Assembly: GCA_044892525.1 (NCBI GenBank)
Contig: CM097885.1
Span: 29,142,001-29,202,000 of the forward strand
From: Schmidtea polychroa
Taxonomy: Eukaryota
DNA: 60,000 nucleotides
Direction of reading: 5' to 3'
Below the pieces are notes generated by a model. It did no database searches. It was not told the DNA's origin and was given only the letters and a program-made list of their open reading frames with translations. This document shows positions 1-32,578 of the stretch, piece by piece. How positions within the stretch are numbered: the stretch's first letter is position 1; every line of letters starts with the position of its first letter. The position numbers and the translations under genes are program-made.

Positions 1-254
1 TTTTCAATTAAATAAGGTTTTTTATGGTTATGTTTTAAATACAATTGAATATAAATTTTCAGGCAGGTTTTAATATATCGAAACTAAAAATTGCCCCGTC
101 ATTTTTGTAATAATAATTAATAATAATAATAAATAATAATGACAATAATAATTATTAATAATAATTAATATTATTAATAACTAATAATAATTGATAAAAA
201 TATTAAAATAACAAAGTAAAATTAATTTTAATAAACGAAAAGAAACTTAACTAC

Positions 255-21291
<21,037 letters not shown>

Positions 21292-21990
21292 TTATGGATA
21301 TTTTTTCCAATTATTTTAGATTTTTCGTTAAAAAATTATTTTTTAAAACGATTTCAAAAGCGTCCTTAGATATTGTAAAATTTGCAAGAAACAAACAAAG
21401 TTAATATTTGAGATATTAATATTTTGATTTGATCTTTTTATAAAAGTTCACCCAAATATAATTTCTAGAACAATTAAAATTTAAAGTAAAATGACTGAAA
21501 TTGTTTTACATTTTATATTAAGTTTTCTAAATATATTTCGAATATGTTGTATATTAGATGATTTCATTCTTTTGAACTTCAATTAAAATAATGAAGTCAA
21601 TTTACTGAAAAGAATTTACCTAGAGGAATTTTACAATTTTGCAGGTAATTTGAATAACTTGACATTATTCTAGAATGCATAACTGTGACCTTTATCGTGT
21701 TGATCATATTGTTGGGGTTCCGGGTTCATAATTTCTTTTCTATGGTTGAAGTTAATCATGAACCCGAAACACTAAATGATCCTGTTATTTTCCCGTCGCT
21801 ATTCCTATAGTTATTGTTATTGGCAATTATGTTGGAAATGTATAAAGTAGTTGAGTATAAATTAGGGGTTATTCTCCGTGACCAAAACTAATAACTATTT
21901 CACTATCATTTATGGGTTCCTGATTACCGATAAAAGATTTAACTTCTTCATTATCATTTCCCATTTTTAACTTTGATTATTTGTCTGTTG

Positions 21991-22779
21991 TTACTTTATC
22001 CTTGTAAAATTTTCTTTAATGGATGTTAAATAATGTTCGTATCTTTCAAATAGTTTTGCTGGAAAATTATTATCCGAAATTATCCGAAAGATGTTGAGTT
22101 GTACAGTCGGTTTAGGGTCATTAATTGCTTTGGCGTTCGCTGACTGAGAGGCAAACAATGATACTTCTAATTCCTCTATTTCTTTACGTCGTTTTTGCGT
22201 CCGTTCGGCGCGAGATGGACGTTTTCTCTTCTTCGGATTGAGTTTGGTCGAATCCTCGGGACGACTTGAAGGAACGAGGTGAGACGGCCCGTGGAGAGTG
22301 GGTTCAGAAGTGGCGTGGCTATTTAATACTCCGTTCAGAATTGGTTCTGCCATTGGAGGAAATTCTGGGCCATGTCCCGCGAAGCTCGATGAAACTGGGG
22401 CGTTCAATTCGTCCACTCGATGACGTAGCGGGAAAACATTTACTCCATCTTTTATCGGGTAATCCCTGACCCGCCTTCTCGACTCCGAATCGGAGTAAAC
22501 TTGATGTAGAGCCTCTGACTGGGCCTTGATGGTCAGTCGCTGACAGCGGCTTTCTCCTAGGAGGCTGTCCCGGCAATGCTCTAGCCTCAGGACTTTCATT
22601 TTCTCCTTCTTCATTTGTGGCGGGGAGAACCATGTATTCTCCAACGCTTCGATGCGTTTCTTTAGAACTTCGATGTGCTCCTGTAATTTCCGGATATCAG
22701 CGTTCTTATCGGCACACGAAAAACACGGTTTCGGGCCACGCTGAGGCAAATTTGGTTCGGAGATGACTAAATTTAACAA
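21991..22779 (-). CDS. Orphan protein (copy A): CxxC, predicted coiled coil, Pro-rich linker, basic NLS-like KKRKRP; true start uncertain
   Basis: Open 262-codon, GC-rich frame. Strong amino-acid similarity to the 27367 ORF (PCFSCADKNADI, TWFSPPQMK, LRLEHCR.SLL.ESRCQRLTIKAQSEALH.VY) despite many third-position differences. Confidence 0.75.
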   Translation of the reverse strand: MLNLVISEPNLPQRGPKPCFSCADKNADIRKLQEHIEVLKKRIEALENTWFSPPQMKKEKMKVLRLEHCRDSLLGESRCQRLTIKAQSEALHQVYSDSESRRRVRDYPIKDGVNVFPLRHRVDELNAPVSSSFAGHGPEFPPMAEPILNGVLNSHATSEPTLHGPSHLVPSSRPEDSTKLNPKKRKRPSRAERTQKRRKEIEELEVSLFASQSANAKAINDPKPTVQLNIFRIISDNNFPAKLFERYEHYLTSIKENFTRIK

Positions 22780-23074
22780 AATAATTTACCAATCGTAAAT
22801 GAACCTGCATTATTACAACCTCGACTCACTCGTCGTTCACGTCACTCGATCATTTACGAACTCAAATTCATTTTAAACTAAGTACCTTATTCATTTTACC
22901 ATACTCGACTTGGAGGTGTATACTTTATATCGATTTTATTGCGGGTAGGATTTGATCAAAGTTACGGTAAGGTGATTAATTACATCAAAATCATATTTAA
23001 ATCGTAAATTCGATGAGTGATTTAAGAGAAAACAATTCTTTCTACCTATAATAGAAAACTGGAGATTTATAATA

Positions 23075-23302
23075 CACTCATACCTCGCTTTACGGCCTAG
23101 ATACGTTCCAGGAAAGTTGGCCGCAAAGCGAAAAGCCGCATAACGAATCAAATACATTTTGATACAATTCCATATAAATTCAATAGGATTTTTGGCCGTA
23201 TAACGAAACATTTTAGGGCGTAAATCGAAAAAGTGCGTAATTAAAGTAGGCTGTTATAGCGAAAAGCCGTATAAAGAGCAGCCGTATAGCGAGGTATGAG
23301 TG
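23075..23302. mobile_element. Tc1/pogo-type MITE
   Basis: 22-bp TIRs CACTCATACCTCGCTTTACGGC / GCCGTATAGCGAGGTATGAGTG with TA on both sides. Confidence 0.88.
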
Positions 23303-26300
23303 TAGTCACTAGTGTTATGTGGATTTGAGAAAAATACAGCATTTTAAATAATTAATTACGATTATTGTCAATAAAAATCTGTACTTTTCAACTTAAATCT
23401 CTTTTCACTTTTATAACTTAATTGTTCAAATTATACGAAACGTCGACACTGTGATGATTTGGATTGGCATGTTTAGTTGAAAATCGAAATTTGTAAACAT
23501 TCAAAATTATATTTATTCATCAAACTTGTAAACAATATCGACAATTTCGTAATCTACTGTTACGTAGTTTCGTGGAGTCGTGTTTATGTTGGTATTAATG
23601 CCTTGTGCTAGGTTCATCCTGTTGTCGATCAATGTGTATACGTGATTATGGTTGTGTTGGAAAAATGTTTATTATAAACAATTCAATGGTTGACGTTGAC
23701 TACTTTCGGGATGTTTATGAGACTAATAAAAATCGTCTTATACGAATCGACGTTAGTGAATATGGTGGAAAATCGATCTACTGAAATATGTTTACTATAA
23801 TGATATGAAAAGATCTAATCTGCCGAAAGTTAATGTCGAGGAGTATTTGTTGACGATCGATGAATCGGCGATTTCAAAAGTACCGAAACTATGTGATCTT
23901 TATCAATGGTTTATCTTTACGGATGACTCGTAAATGGATTTACACGAATGTGGAGACATACTAGACATGAAATTGACGATATTAACGAAAATTGGATTGT
24001 TGGTAAGATGCCGTGGAAATGTCCTAATTGCTATCCTAGAGTTTTGTCTAAAATCAGCTGGTAATTCGAGAGTAGAACATAATACGAGGTTCCTGATGTC
24101 TGTCCCTAGCAGGAAAATATTCTAGATCCGAAATATTGGAATTGGTAACTGATTGTCACATGGAATTCTTCCAAACTGTTGGGCCAAACTCCGAGAGTGT
24201 TGGAAATCAGGTTGAGAATGAATAAAGGGGATAAAATAAATTTCACGAAAATCGCGGAAAAATATAAGAACAACTAAATTAAATAAACATAAGAGAAATA
24301 AGGACATAAAGGGAATAAAATAACTAATAAAATAGTAAAATGTATAAGACGAAAAACAAGACGAAAAAGAAAAGTACCCAACACACATAATAACGGAAGG
24401 AAATAAAATAATAAAATTTAAGGAAAATAAACAAGAAATTGAGAAATAAAATAGAAATAAAATCATTTTCAAATAAATATATAGGCTAATTAAAACAAAA
24501 AAATTGTACTATAACCAAATAACAATAAATTAGCAGGAAAAACAGGAGAAAAAGAATAAAAAATAGGAAATAAATAAAATAATAAGAAAAAGAGGAAAAA
24601 GTTATTAAATTCTAGCATATTACGTCAAAAAACATAAAAATAATAATAAATAATAACATTGCACACAAGGCATGTCCTGATTGGACGAGAAATAGTATAA
24701 AAGAAATGGAAAATATCTGTAGAGTACCATTTAACCGCTATACTCTACAGGTAAAATTTTACTATTTTTTAATTACCATTTAACCGCTATACTCTACAGA
24801 CTTAGAAACCTATTTTTTGGACATCACTGCAACTTATTCAACAGGAACCTTTTGTTAGACGACGAGTTAAAATCATTCGAAATCATTTAGACAGAGATCA
24901 GGATTTTAAAGGGACGAAATCACTAAACTTGGAAAACAATTCGAATATTCTTAACGATATTTTCAACGCTCTCGAGGAAAATTTTGGTAAGTTGTATGCA
25001 TGAAAATTGTATGATATTTTTAGATATAATAATGAACAATAAAAACATTTTATTTTAATAAAATTTATACTTCCAAAGATGCATTCTTTCTTTATGATGG
25101 CTGGCGACGATGTCGTCTAGGAATCGGATGTGATGCGACGAATTTGAATGAATCTGAAGGGAATGTCTGGGAACGAATAGCAGGAAAGGAGAAACTTGAA
25201 TCGAGGTTTGGAATGAAATGAATATCACGCGAGCTGATTATTTAATGCATAACGAGCATCACCATACGGCATCATATCCGAAACGTAGACGGCGTGGTCA
25301 CCAGGTAATTAATTTTTCATTCCGTAGATATGATTTTATAAGATTGATTTATTCACGGACCGATTTGATTATATTCTTTTTATAATTAATTATGATTCAT
25401 TTGTGAGTAAATAATTGGGAAGATAGAATCGTCCTTCCTGACGGTCCAAGAGCGGTGGCAGCGATGTATACCGTTCTTGGGTGGGTCAGGAGGGGTGAGG
25501 ACATCTAGTGAGTGGTAGAAAGTGGTTGTAGGGACTAATCTTTTCATCGAGTGCGATCCGTTATTATCGTTGTCGGAAATATTCCCAGCGGAACGAGTTA
25601 CAGTCATGAAATTTAATTTAGAGGACAAATCCATGGAGAATTTTAGAAAAATTGCAGATTTACAAAGCATAGACACTATATCCAATTGTCTTGTCTCGAA
25701 TCTCGATTAAATACGAATTACGGCTTGTACTTGCGACGAATAGTGTTGAAATGTACAAACAGCAGAGACCTGTATTCACGCGATATTGTCGATAGGATTT
25801 CACAAGAAAATTGTGAAACTGTAGTCTCCTAAGGTTTGAATCGCCAGGACGTTGGCGACGAAACCCATCTACGATGTACTTTTAGGCTGAATTATCAACT
25901 CTTGTATTGCTGATAAGCCTTGATTCTCTGAAAATAAAGTAAATAAATCCTGAAGAATTATCGGAATACTTACGGCCGATATGAAGGAAACCGCTGTCAG
26001 TGTTATCGGTTAATTGCCGAACGAATTTCAGTTAGATTTTGAGTAACCGAATTAGATGACCAACGAAAATCTAATAGGAGAGATAACGTGATAATTTCCG
26101 AACTGATTTGTTTAGTGGGCGTAGTGACAAATATCGCCTTGAGTCAACAACACGATATAGGACTGATTAACAATCCCAACTTACTCGTAGTTCTCTACCT
26201 CTGTCATATACTGTCTGCGACGATTACTCATGGAAATTCTAGTAGAAAATTCTAAGTGACTACCTCTCGAGAATGCATGCAGTTAGACACGTAATAGCGA

Positions 26301-27366
26301 AATTTCCCCCGGTAGGATGATAGTAAATCCGAACAGTAAATTGTGTTATGTCATCAGAATTGTATAAGAGTATGAAATATTACCTGAGATGGTAGAACCG
26401 CGTGTAAGAACGGAGGAGTAGATTGTATCATCGCGAAGTAGCATGGCATTGATTTTTCTAGACTGGTGTAGGTAGATAACCACTCAGGAAAAGCATAAAC
26501 CCAGACTAGCCAACCAGACACACCAATTCACATAGTAGAAACAAACAATAATACCCTAGCACACACAAGCAGGCGTCGCTATGACGACGATTACGGCGCG
26601 TTTTGTGAATCATTATATTTTAATTTATCGTGCATTTTTATATAATAATATTTTTTTTTTAATTTTTGCGTTGAACGGGAATTGATATCGCACCAATTAA
26701 TATGAATGACACCGAAAATAGAATTAGAGCTTGTTAAACAGATTTGATAAAACTAGGTTTAGAAAATTAAACTATAAACGAAATGCTAGAGAATTATTAT
26801 AAAAAGTGAACCAATGCAATAAATACCGGCGAAAAATTAAAATTAGGAAGCTGAGATGTGGAATTAATCGTGGTAATTTAATAACTTACGGGTCCCCTTT
26901 TTGACTAGCTTGATTTAGTGCAACGCCAGGGAACTTATGTCGCATCCGATTACCTAGCTAACCTAAAACCCTGAACATTGAACAAAAGTTAGAGCGTTTT
27001 GCAACGAATTTTAAAAAGGGAAAATTAATGTATTAAATCAGCGAGAATGACATAATAATACAAGTTGGTGACGATATAGTTAGAGGCAAACTTTTAACCC
27101 TGAAGATAGACTTAAGGTTGTCACATGCGAATAGGATGATGTGAAAGGTTCCGTTTTCTTTTCCTTCGAACCACAGCTGTTTGAATAAATTAGTTCGAAT
27201 GTTTGAGGTTGAATGGGTCTCGGTAAGGCCACTGGCATATATGCATGATGCTGGGTTTTATGGTTTTGTCTGTATGCGGGACGGACGTAATAGACTTCGC
27301 GTCGTAAGAGTGTCACTGACAATACCGTAATGTTTGCAGTGTGAGTATAAATGTCTTAACTTTTAG

Positions 27367-28127
27367 ATGACTACCCCAACCAAGTCCGGAAGCACTCTTC
27401 GTCCTTGCTTTTCCTGTGCCGATAAAAATGCGGATATCGCACAGCTCCATCTATATATCGGGAAATTTAAAAAGAGGATTGACCTCTACGAAGGAACGTG
27501 GTTCTCCCCGCCACAAATGAAGGAAGAGAGGAGTAAAATCTTGCGACTAGAACATTGTCGCAACAGCCTCCTGGAGGAGAGCCGCTGTCAGAGACTGACG
27601 ATAAAGGCCCAGTCGGAAGCCCTCCACAAGGTGTATACGGAGGCCGAGCAGGCAAAACGAGTACGACAGTTTCCCAGTCAAGACAAAGCCAGTGTTTTTC
27701 CCATTCACCATCAGTTATCCGAGTCGTCAAAGTCAGGCTGCGAAGGCATGGTCCTCATCTGCCACCCATCCCAGCCCCAGTGCTGTCAGGTTACCGACCA
27801 ATGGCAGGTGGCTCTTCTGACCCCATCCTGGCCCCAATTCTTGTCGCGCCCGTCATAGAACCTTCAACAGGACACGACCCGCCATCCCGCAAGAGGAAGC
27901 AACCAACCAGATCAGAAAAAAATCAAAAGCGAAGAAACGCGATGGCAGCCCTCGAAGCGTCGTTGTCTGTGGCGCAATCAACGATCGAGAAAATATCATC
28001 CACGCATTCAATTCCTGCAAAAGAAATCTTCCGAGTAGTTCCGGCCGAGGGGATAAAGTTTATCACAGATCATCGACTACCTGTCGATATTGACGAGATG
28101 CTCGCAGAAGGAGAAGTATTCTCGTAG
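27367..28127 (+). pseudogene. Orphan protein (copy B), single frameshift near 27745
   Basis: ORF 27367-27858 matches copy A up to ...SGCEG. The overlapping frame (to 28127) continues HGPHLPPIPAPVLSG...RKRKQPTRSEKNQKRR...LEASL, matching copy A HGPEFPPMAEPILNG...KKRKRPSRAERTQKRR...LEVSL. Confidence 0.8.
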
Positions 28128-29769
28128 CGAATTTTTCCATCGGTCTCGATTCCCCTACATTATGAATGAACTCGAAAAATCTGACATTATCGCGTGCATG
28201 ATCTTTAATGTTTTGTCATTATATAAATAATGGTGAATGTCTCTTTATGTTTATATTAATAGAATTGTTCGATTTCTTTGACTGTGTTAATAGTAAGCGC
28301 GATTTTTCGTGGTTGATTTGAATGAAAAAGTGATCATGAGGATATAGTATGAGCTTAAATGTCGTCCCTCTGGACCAGGGTCGGACTGAATCATGTGTGT
28401 AGAAATGGGTTAGACCTCCTAAGGCACTATGGAACCCGAACCGAGAAGGGGTTAGGAGTAGTCCTAAGGCAGGGGCTCACCTGCTAACCTCTTCCAACCC
28501 GTGTGGGCAGTACCAACGTGGAACATCACCACGGGCTCATACGTGGGAATATTTGTATGATCATTTGGAGTATGTAAGGGAAGTGTCTGAGCGGAACGAT
28601 GATGCTTTGTAGGTATGACAATCATGTATGTACATTTTTCTTCTCCCACATACGCCAACACTAACTAACGCCTTCAATCATGCTACCACTCGAAGATGAT
28701 ACCAAGTCTTTTTCGTCAAATTAATTTTTTTGAATTTTTAAAGTACTCTTGGTCTCACCACCTACCATGGTTCACCTGGTGACCACCGGTACAAGTACCG
28801 ACTATCTCCAGACGACCACGATAGATGGGTCAACCCATATTTAATTTTTGATAATAATATCCAAAAGAAATAAAATTATATAGTAAAATACGTATGAAAT
28901 ATCAAATCATTATTAATAAAAATTTACCCAGCGACCATATTCTTTGTCTCTGCATATGATGCACTTGATTTATCTGTCATTTAATACATTGGCATACTAT
29001 ACCCAACTCTCATCTCATCTGCAATTTCTTTTTCCGGTTTAAATCTGCCGTCGGGATGTTTACCTCGTTCTATTGATGCCATTTAATCTCGCTCGGATTT
29101 ATATTTCAGTATATCGGTCTCGAAAATCATTATTGCCATCATCATTGTCATCTCGCTAACTCTGGCGATCATATGCAGATGTCCCAAACAGTACCGTCAC
29201 TGGATCTGTGAAGAGAGAAAATCGAATGATACAAGTTGATATAATATTTGTTTATGACAATTACAGTTTATGTTAAATCATCGTAAATACAATAAAATAT
29301 CATAAAATATAATTTTACTTTTTACTCGATGCGTCTGTTAAATGGTTCTGGATAAAAATTCGTTTGATCTCCCGAAGCTGAAGTTATGAGTAGGTAATTA
29401 GGAGCTCTCTGCTGCAACTTTTGATTACGCAATTGCTGCAACTCACATTTTTTGCTTTCAGGGATTTTTGGTCCAAATTTTTTTTATCAGACTATACAAA
29501 AGTCCGACTACCACTAAAAAAGCATGGAATTTTCACACTATAGTGAGGGGGTCTCGATGGTCCTGGGATTTTCAATACAAAAAAAAAAATTTTTCAATAC
29601 AAAAATCCGACTACCACTAAAAAAGCATGGTAATTTAAGGTCTCAGGATATTTTCAATACAAATAGGTGGTCTACACTAAAAAAGCCAAGGATTATTCAC
29701 ACTATAGTGAGGTGAGTCTCCTTGGCCCTGAGAAAAAGGTGGTCTACACTAAAAAACGTGGTAAATTTT

Positions 29770-30180
29770 TTCAATTAAAGTAAATAATGGTCCTAAAAAA
29801 TTAAATTACAGTAAATTATGGTCAAAAATTTAGAATTACAGTAAATTATGGTCCAAATTTTTCAATTACAGTAAATAATGGTTCTAAAAAATAAAATTAC
29901 AGTAAATAATGGTTCTAAAAATTAAATTACAGTAAATTATGGCTCAAATTTTTAAATTAAAGTAAATTATGGTCCAAATTTTTCAATTAAAGTAAATCAA
30001 TGTCCAAATTTTTGAATTAAAGTAAATAATGGTTCTAAAAATTAAATTACAGTAAATTATGGTCCAGATTTTTCAATTAAAGTAAATAATGGTCCAAATT
30101 TTTAAATTAAAGTAAATTTAGGTTCTTAAAAATTAAATTACAGTAAATAATGGTCCAAATTTTTAAATTAAGTAATCAAT
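29770..30180. repeat. ~30-bp tandem array in the left arm (mirrored at ~43280-43870)
   Basis: Unit AGTAAATTATGGTCCAAATTTTTCAATTAC with variants. Confidence 0.9.
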
Positions 30181-30539
30181 GGTAAAAAATTTTAAATAAG
30201 TAAATTAAAGTAAATTAAAGTAAGATTTTAAAATTTAATTACAAAATAATAGAAGGTGTTTGAGAATTGAAATTTTTTAATGAAAATTTTTATGAAATAA
30301 TTTTTTAAGTTAATTTTTAATGGAAATTTTTCGAAATATTTTTCAATGGTAATTTTTAATGGAAATTTTTATGGAATAATTTTTTAAGTTAATTTTTAAT
30401 GGAGATTTTTATGAAATATTTTTCAATGGAAATTTTTAATGGAAATTTTTAAGATAATTTTTAATGGAAATTTTTATGAAATATTTTTCAAAGACAAATT
30501 TTAATAATAATTCAACAACAAACCAACAACTTAGTTCCA

Positions 30540-32160
30540 ACAACCAGTAAATTACGAACATGTATTTACAACCAGATACCTACAACTAGTTACTAACAAC
30601 CAGTTACCTACAACTAGATACTAACAACTAGATACCAAGTACCTACAACCACCTACACATTAACTAGCTACCAATTACTAACAACCAGCTAACAACTAAC
30701 TACCACTTACCAAGTACATACAACCACCTACCAAGTACATACAACCAACATCAACCAGGTACTAAGCATTAATTACCAACTACTAAGTACCTACCAAGTA
30801 CCTACAACCACCTAACAAGTACTAACAACCAAAAACAAGCAACCAACTAGGTACCAAGTACTTACAACTAGATACCACGCACTAATTAACTCTCAAACAA
30901 CCTGATACCAAGTACTTACAACTAGTTACTTACAACCAGTTACCAGATACCAAGTACCTACAACTAGTTACTAACAACTAGTTACCTGATACTAAGTACC
31001 TACAACCACCTACCAAGTACATACAACCAACATCAACCAGGTACTAAGCATTAATTACCAACTACTAAGTACCTACCAAGTACCTACAGCCACCTAACAA
31101 GTACTAACAACCAAAAACAAGCAACCAACTAGGTACCAAGTACTAACAACTAGCTACCACCTACCAACTACTCACAACCGACAACAACCAGCTACTAAGC
31201 ATTACCAACCACATACAACCTACAACTAGTTACTAACAACTAGTTACCTGATACATACAACTAGATACTAACAACCAAAAACAAGCAACCAACTAGGTAT
31301 CAAGTACTAACAATCAAAACATGCAACCAACTAGGTACCAGATACTAACAATCAAGTAACAACTAACCAACCAGTTACCTGATACCAAGTACTTACAACT
31401 AGTTACTAACAACCAGATACCTACAACTAGTTACTAACAACTAGGTACCTGATAGCAACCAACTAGGTACCAGATACCAAGTACTAACAACCGCCAACAA
31501 CCAGATACCTACAACTAGTTACTAACAACCAGTTACCTGCTACTAAGTACCTACAACCAACTAGCTACCACCTACCAAGTACCAACAACCACCTACCCAT
31601 TAACCAGCTACTAAGTACTAACAACTAACTACCACCTACCAAGTACCAACAACCAATATCAACCAGGTACTAAGCATTATTAACCAACTACCAAGTACCT
31701 ACAACTAGATACTAACAACCAAAAAACAACCAACCAACCAGTTACCTGATACCAAGTACTTACAACTAGTTACTAACAACCAGATACCTACAACTAGTTA
31801 CTAACAACTAGTTACCTGTTAGCAACCAACTAGGTACCAGATACCAAGTACTAACAACCGCCAACAACCAGATACCTACAACTAGTTACTAACAACCAGG
31901 TACCACCTACCAAGTACTAACAACCAACTAGCTACCACCTACCAAGTACCAACAACCAATATCAACCAGGTACTAAGCATTAATTACCAACTACCAAGTA
32001 CCAACAACCAAAAACATGCAACCAACCAACTAGGTACTAGATACCAACTACTAACAACCGACAACAACTAACTACCACTTACCAAGTACCAACTACCAAA
32101 TACAAGATACCTAGTACTAAGCACTGTCAACTAGATACCAAACACTTACAACCAGATGAC
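30540..32160. repeat. C/A-rich complex satellite in the left arm (G/T-rich mirror at ~42240-42930)
   Basis: Shuffled motifs CAACTAG, TACCAAG, TACTAACAAC, CTACAACC with extreme strand skew. Confidence 0.9.
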
Positions 32161-32412
32161 AACATGAAATTATTGGTTAAATATGAAAATAAGGATTATA
32201 TTTAGTTGTTAAGTAAATTATGGTGTAAAATTAAGAAATAAAGAATAATTATGTAAATTAAGGATAAGTAAATTAAAGTAATAATTTTTAAATAAGTAAT
32301 GTAATAAGTAAATTAAACTAAGATTTTTAAATTTATTATCAAAAGATTGAATAACCACCAACTTTTTTGAGAAATGTAATTTATAATGAAAATTTAAATG
32401 GAAATTTTAATG

Positions 32413-32578
<166 letters not shown>

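Noticed and set aside
21358..21378. RFX X-box candidates near the WDR19 start (GCGTCCTTAGATAT) and the IFT22 start (~47948-47962)
   Set aside because: Only half-site matches in AT-rich DNA; not supportable without conservation data.
26300..26360. Hammerhead ribozyme core (CTGATGA...GAAA, minus strand)
   Set aside because: Stem II cannot pair and no flanking stems are evident.
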